The position numbers and the translations under genes are program-made. Shown here in pieces: positions 1-9,691 of a stretch of DNA of 64,000 bases. A model generated the notes under the pieces. It did no database searches and was not told where the DNA came from. It saw only the letters and a list, made by a program, of their open reading frames with translations. Each line of letters starts with the position of its first letter. Positions within the stretch are counted from its first letter, which is position 1. Source of the DNA: Azolla caroliniana (taxonomy: Eukaryota; Plantae; Polypodiophyta); NCBI GenBank assembly GCA_043228905.1, contig JBHGNT010000013.1:3782001-3846000 (forward strand), written 5' to 3'.

Positions 1-97
1 GTGGGTCTCTTCCCTTCTCCTTTTTCTCTCTTGCTCTTCGGTACAAGACCCCCGAGGTCCCGCCTCATTCCACGCATCCGCGAGGAATACCTCGACA
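1..97. mobile_element. Terminus of an unclassified (probably LTR) insertion interrupting the Tcn1-like RNase H
   Basis: The minus-strand RNase H reading (ARWAHFLTR) turns into unrelated sequence at 97/98. The foreign segment ends ...CCTCGACA (TGTCGAGG on minus), an LTR-like terminus. Confidence 0.45.
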
Positions 98-2727
98 ACG
101 CGTGAGGAAGTGGGCCCACCGAGCTTGACGTTGATTTAACACACGAGCATCCTGAAAGTAGGCAAGGTTTTTGTGGTCACTGAATACGGTGACTTGATGA
201 GAGGATCCCTCTAGAAAATGCCTCCATTGCGTAAAAGAGTCCACTATTGCCAATAGCTCCTTATCATGAATTTCATAGTTGATTTCGGTGGCGTCAAACT
301 TGCATGATGAAAAGCCACAGGATGTAGCTTCTCATCATTCCGCTGTTGTGATAGAATGCTCCCCAATGCGAAATCCGATGCGTCTGCTTCGATAATGAAT
401 GGTTTTTCTGGATCGACATGAGCTAGAATTGGAGCCGATGTAAATGCCTTTTTAAGACTCTTGAAAGCCATGTCCGCTTCTTTAGACCAAACGAACGATT
501 GTTCCTTCCCGGTAAGCTGTGTGAGAGGCAGAACGAGCTTTGAGTAATCCTGTATGAACTTCCAGTAAAAATTGGCAAAGCCTAAGAAGCATTGCACATC
601 TCACACCAAACGCGGAGTCTGCCACTCTACCACAGTTTTGACCTTAGCTGGGTCCATGGAGATGCCTTCCGAGGAAATGACATAGCCTAGAAATTCCACC
701 TGGTTGCAGTCAAAACTACATTTTTCCATTTTTGCATAAAGACCATGTTCTTGAAGTTGTTTTAGTACTAACAGTACATGAGAATCATGCTCTTCTTGGG
801 TCTTCAAATAAACCAGTAGATCATCCAAATAGATGATCAAACAAACATCCAAGAGATCTCGAAATATATCATTTGCCATGTGCTAGAAGACTGTTGGCGC
901 ATTAGTGAGGCCAAACGGCATGACTGTATACTCGAACTGCCCATATCTGGTGCGAAACGCGGTCTTCCATTCATCTCCTGGTCGGATCTGTACGAGGTTA
1001 TAGGCCCCCCCGTAAGTCGATCTTCGTGAAGAACTTGGCACCATTGATCCATTCTAAAAGTCTTGAGATAAGGGGAAGTGCATACCTATTTCTGATTGTC
1101 ACCTTATTCAAGCCACGGTAATCTACAACGAGACGAAGTGATCCATCCTTTTTCTTGACGAAGAAAATGGGTGCGCCGGCTGGAGATTTCGAATGCCTAA
1201 TGAAACCAGTTTCCAAATTCTCCTCTATATAGGTTCGCAGGACTTCCAGTTCGGTTGGTGACAAATTGTAGATCGGTCCCCATGGTGGCTCTTTCCCCGG
1301 TTGTAAATCGATGGGGCAATCATACGGTCGATGGTGAGGAAGCGTATTGGCTTGTACTTTATCGAACACATCGGCATAATGATGATACTTCTTTGGAAGT
1401 TGACCGGTGGACTCCTCTTTAATGGTGTCTAAGGTCTTTACTGATATTGCAAAGATTCCTTGCGTCCTTCTTCCCACAACTGATGTAGCGAAATGGTTGC
1501 AATCTCATGAGTAGACCCTCGGGCTTTTCGATACCGGATTTCTCTTGTTCTCCAATCTATGTCTAGGTTTTGTAATTCGAGCCATGGTACTCCTAAAACA
1601 ATGGGGTGTTCTGGGATGCCAATTATATTAAATGATACTACACATGCTAGATTATCTAGGACAATATTAACGGGCTCTGACTATTCTATGATATTTCCGG
1701 AAGCAATGGGACAACCATCAATGACTACTACAGAGGCTGGACACGGGAGTTTTCTGAGTGATATTTGATGAGCTTGGGCAAAGTTCCTATCCATGAAGCA
1801 AGAATTAGCTCCGGAATCTAGAAGTGCTAAGATATGTACTGGAGGGGTACTATTAGTACTAACTGTTACTTGGGCTACGAACACATTGCTAACTTGCTTA
1901 GAGGGAATGGAACCACTAATGGGCTGCACAGATCTAGGGTTGTCCAACCAAACGGCTCCTATTTTGGCTGGACGTAGTCGTTTAACTCTTCTTCTAACTG
2001 ACTAAGGACATCAATTTTGTTTGTTAGATTTGGGCTATTAGTACTATTAGGACTATCAGATATCCTTACTGAAATAGACTCGGGTTTAGTACAATCAGAA
2101 CTAGCAACTATTTGGTTTACTTGCCTTCTTGGCCTATGGGGACAGCTTACCGCGATATGCCCTGGTCCACCACAATAAAGACATAATCGGTTTGCTCGGT
2201 GTCATTGCTTTTCTTCTTCCGATAGCAGTCCACGACAACGTGTGGTGTCAATTTCCATCGGAGTTGGAGTACTTGCTGGAGGTGCATTATATGACTCCCT
2301 TAGAAAAGGTTTTGCTACCACTGAGGCGTAGGTAGGCTCTGATTTTGCCCTCACAATCTGGAATTGTCGTTCCGAACGTCGTTCGAAGAGGCGGTTGTCA
2401 CATCTCACCGCGTGACTGATTGCTTCTGTTAATGACTTTGGCTCTTCGGGGAAGGTCAAGAGTAAATCCTTGACATCGTTGCGTAAACCATAACGAAATT
2501 GCTCCATCAAGGCGTGATCATCCCACGGGATATCGGCAACGAGTAGGCGGAAATCTGCAGCGTATGCAGAGGCTAGACGGTCACCTTGGCGTAATCGCCG
2601 GATTTTGTTGACTGCAGTCCTTATGCTATCAGTATATCCAAAACAGGCCTTAAACTCACTTATAAATTCTTCAAAACTATTTAGTAATGGAGATTCCTTT
2701 TTCAACAATGGAGCAAACCATGCTAAT
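98..2727 (-). mobile_element. Degenerate Ty3/gypsy chromovirus (Tcn1/sushi-like) internal region: gag-PR-RT-RNase H, truncated at both ends
   Basis: Gag with PMEID and CLYCGGPGHIAVSC knuckle; protease LLDSGA; [30 protein letters not shown] and YLDD; RNase H IIEADASDFALG and VFSDHKNL. Several stops and frameshifts. Confidence 0.93.
1942..1986 (-). promoter_or_regulatory. -1 programmed ribosomal frameshift signal at the gag/pol junction
   Basis: G_TTA_AAC (1986-1980) lies in the gag frame. It is followed by a 6-nt spacer and an 11-bp stem GTCCAGCCAAA/TTTGGTTGGAC. The -1 frame is the protease ORF frame (1681..1947); gag stops 7 codons later. Confidence 0.8.
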
Positions 2728-3430
2728 TGCTATGGGCATGACCATTTAATATCCTGTGGTGAGAATTTATCGTAGTATTCTATACACGTGGATAAGTGTG
2801 AGGGTTAAACGAGAGTGTAAAGAAGGGGAGGATTACTTTTAATCCTCGGGATTGAGACAACCCATTAGGTCAAGTGTGAACTTGCCTGGGGTCCTTGGGT
2901 ATCGCTATAAATAAGAGGCCTAGCTACCCTCATTTCATCATCTTTTGACTACATCGAGACTCTGCTCTTGTGGTGGGTCAACTCTTGTACCGAGCGCACC
3001 AGCACCAGGTACGACTCGACGCCATGGCGGTGGTATGGGACGCCAATCGAGGCTCGAGTCCGTCTCGATCCCTTCGCTCGGGGGTGGTCGGGTGGATCGG
3101 CACCCTTCTTTCTCTTTCTCCTTTCTATCTATCATTAGTTTATCCTTATCTTAAGCTTACTTTAGTACCTAGATCTCTAATATTTGGAATCAGAGCTATG
3201 TACTAATGTTTCTTTGTTTGTCTTTTGTGTTTTGATTGATGGTGATCGATTGATGTGCGGTCGGCCTTGATCCAGACAACGATCAACAAAGAACTTCAGT
3301 AACTCTTTTCGTAACTTTTTTTTTTCTATTCTCTCTTCTCCCATCTAATCATGTGCTTAGTTTATATGTCCTTTTCTTTTCATTAAGTCAATGATGTTGT
3401 AGTGGTCTTTAATTGATTATCTAAAACGTT
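2728..3430 (+). mobile_element. Unclassified LTR-like sequence truncating the Tcn1-like gag
   Basis: Gag homology stops at 2727 and new sequence starts TG. CTATAAATA at ~2905 is followed by a GC-rich and then a CT-rich segment. The 3' boundary and partner LTR were not identified. Confidence 0.35.
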
Positions 3431-3443
3431 TACATATGTGCAC

Positions 3444-3700
3444 GAGGTCAGTACCTCGTTTGACATATAAATAATATGTGATGAGTGTCGTATGCATATG
3501 AGGTTAATACCTCAATTACGTATTACGTTCACGAACATATGTTACGTTTGCGTATGAGTTTAATTCCTTGATTGGTTGTAAAGGATATGAGTTTGGTCTC
3601 GTATGCGTAAGAGGTCAATACCTCAATTGCGTATTACGATGATCTCTTATTTGTGGATATTTCGTGTGCGTAAGGTATATACCTCGATTATGTATCTCGA
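3444..3700. repeat. Degenerate ~56-bp tandem array with GAGGT-N3/4-ACCTC palindromic cores (5 units)
   Basis: Cores at 3444, 3500, 3556, 3611 and 3672, e.g. GAGGTCAATACCTCAATTGCGTATTACG. The 3556 and 3672 cores are imperfect. Confidence 0.65.
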
Positions 3701-3842
3701 TCGCATCATTTGTGGCTATTTAATATAATGATATGTTTAATATAGGCATATGTGGTCACGTATATAAATATTTGATCATATATATGTGATAAGTAAACAT
3801 ATGTGTATATTCGTTATTAAGTGATTATATCGAAAGTTGTCC

Positions 3843-3918
3843 TTGTCGGGAAAAGGATGTTGGTGGCCATCCTCACATTTTTGTGAGAATGGCGTTGTCA
3901 CCATCCCTTTTTCAACAA
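3843..3918. repeat. Imperfect inverted repeat (hairpin)
   Basis: Core GCCATCCTCACA-TTTT-TGTGAGAATGGC (3866-3893); outer arms TTGTCGGGAAAAGGATG / CATCCCTTTTTCAACAA. Confidence 0.7.
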
Positions 3919-4439
3919 TTTTTTATTGTTGACAACCCCGTTGATGACCTCAATTTCGTTACGTAAAGAAACGCCTATAGCCATAATGATGTTGAGTACG
4001 TAGGGCTTGACCCAGTTCAAGTGAGGTCACTCCAATGATACACGTATCCAACATCCCTCCCTCGTTACATGGATACGATGCCACCATGAGCTCGTTCTTA
4101 TGAGAGGCATTCGTAATGACGTGACCATGTGATGGGCCACGTGGGCCTACTACGAAATGAGGGCTCATTTGGCTTGACCATTAGGTTGCACTTTGGCGTA
4201 TGCCATTGTAATTACGAGACTTGAGGTTAGGTAATGTACCAAAAAAAACATATATGATCAAATGCCTTGCATATCTCTTATACGCATCAAACATTAAGCA
4301 TTTGAGAAGAGCAACTTACTTGGTTGGCTCAAGTGTTTAATGTATTTGTTCTCGAGATCTCGAGTTCAAATATGACCAAGACCATACAACATCCTTGATA
4401 CATATGACTATAACACATGTTTAGACTTAAGGTCTAAGT

Positions 4440-4883
4440 GCACCTCAGGATAGTTTCGAATAGATATGTTGATTGAATCTGAATAGATACGTCAGTCGAA
4501 ATCAGCACTATTGTAAGATCATGTCGCGACCTATAAAAGGGGGCACGCGTCTTGTATGGATCTGTATGTTAATGAAGTCTAATTGTTATATGCTTATGTC
4601 TACAATACCTTGTTCCAATTATTTTTGTTGCTTTGTTATAATCTATGTTACGGACCTGACGGCGGCGTAGCCGATCTAGATCACTAATTAGTGTCTGATT
4701 CGGATTGTCTCATTGCTAGCTGGGTAGGCTTGAGTGTAGAGCAGTCGAAGCCATTTATCCAAGGATTATATCTAATCCAATCAATACCAATTTCTGATTG
4801 CGGTCTATAAATCATTTCCATCATTCCTACCACAATCTTTGGTGAAGGGTACTCAATGATTGAGTATCCGACCCGTGCTCCTA
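4440..4883 (+). mobile_element. Probable gypsy LTR fragment related to the LTRs at 29038 and ~41200
   Basis: Shares CCTATAAAA-GG TATA context, TCTGTAT and CCACAATCTT motifs, in the same order as the 29038-29515 LTR. Ends are unclear. Confidence 0.35.
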
Positions 4884-5072
4884 GGGATTAGGAATACTAA
4901 TCATCTACGAGTCCCATGACTTTCATTCTTGATTAACGAAAACATTTTTGGCAAATGGTTTTGTGGTAGTTCATCATTCACAAATCCAAGAATTTCACCT
5001 CCAATAATGAAACACAAATGTCCCCCAATTGTCCCTATTAATCATTACTCTAGTACTAGTGATCAACACAAA
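4884..5072 (-). pseudogene. Decayed fragment of nuclear 18S rRNA gene
   Basis: The plus strand resembles the reverse complement of the conserved 18S central region: CTTTCaTTCTTGATTAAcGAAAACAT..TTGGCAAATG..AAATCCAAGAATTTCACCTC..TGTCCCTaTTAATCATTACTC. Many substitutions. Confidence 0.85.
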
Positions 5073-5194
5073 TTATGCTAGTATCATTTAATGGCATAGA
5101 CATTCAAGATATGCAATTGGATCATATGTTCGAAATTTGGAGAGATCGAAAGGGCTACTTAGATATTAAAGAAGATAGAGACACAATTGTTTTT

Positions 5195-5638
5195 TGTTGA
5201 GAGATCAAGCTCAATTTAGTTTAATTAGTTAGTCAACCATGTAACTTCGTAGTTACCTAGATAGAATCTAGTTAGAAGTGTTGACTATAACGCCTTAAAT
5301 AAAACCTTGTACTTAAGTGGGATATTCTAGATCCTCCACTCCTAAGTACATTTAATATAGGACTTACACTTTTGTACCTATATTATCCTCACACATGTGC
5401 AACCTTGCACATGAGATGTATATATACCTCATTGTAGGTATTTTTGTTTTTGATGATGATAATGCTAATTTAATATACTTACTCATCCCCCATCTTGTGT
5501 TGTTCATAAGTGTATCTCTCTCTCTCTCTTCCTCTCACACACATACACACACAAATTACTTAATCTTCTGCTTATCAACTAATCATATAATTAGGTACTA
5601 AATTAACCCTTGCTTAATTATTTACCTAATTCTTAACA
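5195..5638 (+). repeat. Copia LTR (left, full length, 444 bp)
   Basis: TGTTGAGAGATC...TTCTTAACA, near-identical to 9234-9691. Confidence 0.92.
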
Positions 5639-5665
5639 TTTTTATTTGAAAATCTATTGGTATGA

Positions 5666-5890
5666 CTATACACCAGAGGTATTGTTCGAGGATTTGGTTG
5701 ACTCTTTCGGTTTGGCCATCAGTTTGAGGGTGGTGCGCAGTAGACAAGTTGACAGAACTCCCGAATGTCTTTAGAAGTTGACACCAGAAGTGGGAGATAA
5801 ATTGAGGACCTCGATCAGAAGTGACATGCTCAGGAAAGCCGTGTAATCGGACGACATTTTTCAGAAAAAGATCAGTCATCTCCCATTGAA
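5666..5890 (-). mobile_element. Ty3/gypsy integrase fragment inserted as filler DNA
   Basis: VVRLHGFPEHVTSDRGPQFISHFW...STAHHPQTDGQTERVNQILEQYL, a chromovirus-type integrase core. Confidence 0.88.
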
Positions 5891-5893
5891 ATC

Positions 5894-6113
5894 TATATAT
5901 ACCTCATTGTAGGTATTTTTGTATTTTCATGATGATAATGCTAATTTAATATAGTTACTCGTCCCCCATCTTGTGTTGTTCATAAGTGTATCTCTCTCTC
6001 TCTCTTCCTCTCACACACATACACACACAAATCACTTAATCTTCTGCTTATCAACTAATCACATAATTAGGTACTAATTAACCCTTGCTTAATTACTTAC
6101 CTAATTCTTAACA
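5894..6113 (+). repeat. Copia LTR 3' half (original 5' LTR end), followed by tRNA-iMet-type PBS
   Basis: Matches LTR from TATATATACCTC to TTCTTAACA, then TGGTATTAGAGC. Confidence 0.9.
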
Positions 6114-6280
6114 TGGTATTAGAGCGTGTGGTTTAGAAAACCCACTAAGCCCACCTGACTCCGTGATTGTGTGTTCGAGATGCCGACAACAAAATCCGGT
6201 TATTAGCTACTGTAGTGTCGTTACATAGCACGTGTACGTGATCGACAGAAGAAAAGCAAAAAGAGAAGACACTAATTAAC

Positions 6281-9075
6281 ATGAACACACAAATGGGTAG
6301 CTCGCTCCCTAATGAAAAGCTAGACCAGAGAAATTATTCATCTTAGGAGTACAAGATGACCCAATACCTCGTCGGCCAAGGGTATTGGAGCTACATTAAC
6401 GGCACACTCGAAAACAAGCCCAACATCACAAACGCCGACTACCCAACGTGGGAACAAGGAGCGAGTGGGGTAATGTATTGCTTGGCAACATGTGTCCACG
6501 ACCACATGTTTAAGCGTGGGCGCACTTAAAGAAAATGTTTGCCGCCAACACAACCGCCCGAAAGCTTCAACTCCGACAAGAGTTGAACAACATTCAGCAA
6601 GAAGATATGTATGTGTCGGACTACACCGCCAAGATCAAGAGCATTTGCGACTCACTTGGCTCCATCAACATAAAAGTCGACGAAGACAAGATGGTTCAAG
6701 TATGCTTGGGCGGCCTCGCACAACGATTCAATCCATTACGAACGGCAATCTTGGCAAGAGAAAACCCTCCTTCATTCTTTGACCTCCAATCAATGCTATT
6801 GGTTGAAGAGATCCACGTCTGAACCAAAAGCAAGACGTCGGAAGGACAAATGTTCTTCTCGAATTCGGACGGTGGCCAAGGACGATGTCGTGGCGATAGA
6901 AGAGGTCAATTCGACCAATCACACGAAGGGAACTCAAACCTTCACAGAAGCCATCGAGGAACCTTCAGAAGAAGGGGGGGGCTTCCACGCCGAACATGGC
7001 CGGCAAACGAGGACCGCAACTTGCAATTATTGCGGCAAAATCAGCCACTACGAGGTGGAGTGTCGGAAAAAGAGAAGTGAGCCCGCTTCATCAAGTCGAC
7101 ACCTCACAAACTACGCATCCAACTCCGACCACAACAACCATAGCAGAATGTTCACGAATCACGCGTCGAATTCTGACTATGACGATCGTAGTGAAATGTT
7201 TACAAATTACGCCACGAATTCTGACTACGGCGACCGTGGCGGAATGTTCGTAATGAGGCATAGAGTGAACTCTATGTCGGCCTCCAACTCCGCAAGCACC
7301 TCCAACTCGGAAGACGTGTGGTTGGTTCGTCGACCCTGGCGCCTCACATCACATGACATCTCACGAAGAGTGGTTTCGTGACTTGCGTACATCGGACCAA
7401 CCCGGCTTTATAGAGACGGGAGACGACACCACACACCCCATTTGGCACATCGGCAATGTCCCATTCGGGAAAAAAGGCGAACAAACTTGCATCAAGAATG
7501 TCTTGCAAATGCCCACAATAACGAAGAATTTGATCTCCGTCGGCAAAATCGTGGAGAAAGGCATGCAAGTCCGCTTCAACAAAGAAGGATGCTTCATCGA
7601 GAAAGATGGCCGACTCATAGCAAAGGGGCGGAGAGACAGCCGAATGTTCATCCTCGATTCGAACGAGGTGAAATCGTCAATGTACGCTAAAAGTCTCAAA
7701 ACTGAGACAAGCATCAAGTTGTGGCACAAGAGAATCGGCCACATAAAGCTCCAATGGCTTCGAGCGATGCAAACGAAGGGAGTCGTCATCGGACTTCCGA
7801 CATTCGAATTGAAACGAGTCAACCAAGTATGCAAAGCGTGTCAACTCAGCAAACAACATCGACTCCCATTCCCGAAGGAGAGCCACACGAGCAAAGGCCT
7901 CCTCGACATCATACACTCGGATGTATGGGGACCGGCTCAAACGCCGACAATCGGTGGATGCCGATACTACGTAACCTTCATCGACGACTACTCGCGCTAT
8001 GCATGGATCTACCCAATGAAGAAGAAGAGCGAAGTGTTCTCCCACTTCCAAAAGCTCAAGGGGCAAGTCGAAAAAGAAACCGGTCGGCACATTCGATGCC
8101 TACGATCGAATGGGGGCAAGGAGTACTTCTCTGATGAATTCACCTCCTACCTCCAAAGTGAAGGCATTCGAAGAGAATTCTCGTGCCGACACACACCCCA
8201 ACAAAATGGAGTCGGCGAAAGGAAAAATCGGCAAATACTCGAGGTAGCACGTGCCATGATGCATGAGAAGCACATGTTGAATTTCTATTGGGCCGAAGCG
8301 GCATCCACGGCCGTCTATCTCATGAATCAATGCACCACTAATGGAGTTCATGAGCTAACTCCATACAAGCTCCTCGTCGAAAGGAAGTCGATCCTGTCGC
8401 ACCTCAAGGTGTTCGGAAGCATTGCGAATGTACGCATCCCGAACGAACAATGACAGAAGCCCGATGCGAAGTCGGATGAATGTATCCTCATAGGATACTC
8501 GTTCAAGAAGAAGGCATACAAGTGCTACAACCCTTCTACCCGAGCGGTTTGGGTAAGTCGAGACGTAGTCTTCGACGAGTTCGCATCCGGGTACGCACCA
8601 GAGACAACTACGACTCTGACTCCGCTCGACCCGAAATCGGCCGAACAAGAGGTAGAAGATGGAGATCGCTTCAAACACATGTTCGAAGAAAGTCCAATTA
8701 CGGCAAGGCCTAGTGGGCCACAAGAGTCTCCACGCAACCCAAGCACGTCGCGGCCAAGTACAAACTTGGACAAAGGCAAAGGTAAGATGCCCGAATACGA
8801 AGTTGATCACCCCGACGACAATGATTCGGATGGATCGGCTCCCTCACTAGACAGTGAGTTTGGTGTACCCATCATGCGTACACCCGGAGTAAAGAAGGTG
8901 CTCACATCGGCGAGCGAAAAAATTTGATGCTCTTCTAGAGAGAAGCATCCCGTCACTCGACTCGGCTACAACGAGTATATGGCCCATCACTATGCCTTCG
9001 CGATGAAGGTAGCGGCCGAACAAGAGCCCAACAGCTCCATCGAAGCGGCTCGTAACCCACGATGGGTGGAAGTAG
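6281..9075 (+). pseudogene. Copia gag-protease-integrase pseudogene (no RT/RNase H)
   Basis: Gag EKLDQRNYS..YLVGQGYW, knuckle CNYCGKISHYEVEC, GAG-pre-integrase LWHKRIGH, integrase IHSDVWGP / FIDDYSRY / TPQQNGVGERKNR. After EPNSSIEAARNPRWVEV it jumps to the 3' UTR and PPT. Confidence 0.88.
7106..7249 (+). repeat. In-frame 48-bp x3 tandem repeat in copia gag-protease linker
   Basis: TNYASNSDHNNHSRMF / TNHASNSDYDDRSEMF / TNYATNSDYGDRGGMF. Confidence 0.85.
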
Positions 9076-9233
9076 TCGACCTTCGCCCACACACTACAAG
9101 CCTTCGTCACCGGCTTGAGGGGGAGGAACCGAGATTGCCACAACGAAGAAAGTCGAAGGCTAGACGGAAGCACGCGAAACCGACGAAAGCCAAAGCGGAT
9201 GTCGGACGCTTCACACTTAAGCTTGAGGGGGCG

Positions 9234-9691
9234 TGTTGAGAGATCAAGCTCAACTTAGTTTAATTAGTTAGTCAACCATGTAACTTCGTAGTTACCTAGA
9301 TAGAATCTAGTTAGAAGTGTTGACTATAACGCCTTAAATAAAACCTTGTACTTAAGTGGGATATTCTAGATCCTCCACTCCTAAGTACATTTAATATAGG
9401 ACTTACACTTTTGTACCTATATTATCCTCACACATGTGCAACCTTGCACATGAGATGTATATATACCTCATTGTGGGTATTATTTTTTTTGATGATGATA
9501 ATGCTAATTTAATATACTTACTCATCCCACATCTTGTGTTGTTCATAAGTGTATCTATCTCTCTCTCTCTCTCTCTCTCTCTTCCTCTCACACACATACA
9601 CACACAAATCACTTAATCTTCCGCTTATCAACTAATCATATAATTAGGTACTAAATTAACCCTTGCTTAATTATTTACCTAATTCTTAACA
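9234..9691 (+). repeat. Copia 3' LTR
   Basis: Preceded by PPT; TG...CA; matches 5195-5638. Confidence 0.92.

Larger units (their letters stand above)
5195..9691 (+). mobile_element. Ty1/copia LTR retrotransposon with rearranged 5' LTR and RT/RNase H deleted; TSD TTTTT
   Basis: TG..CA LTRs at 5195-5638 and 9234-9691, extra partial LTR at 5894-6113, PBS TGGTATTAGAGC (6114-6125), PPT GAGGGGGCG before 9234, TTTTT on both outer flanks. Confidence 0.92.

Noticed and set aside
3444-3700. CRISPR-like look (palindromic repeats at regular spacing)
   Set aside because: Repeats are too degenerate, spacers are partly homologous, the context is eukaryotic and there are no cas genes.
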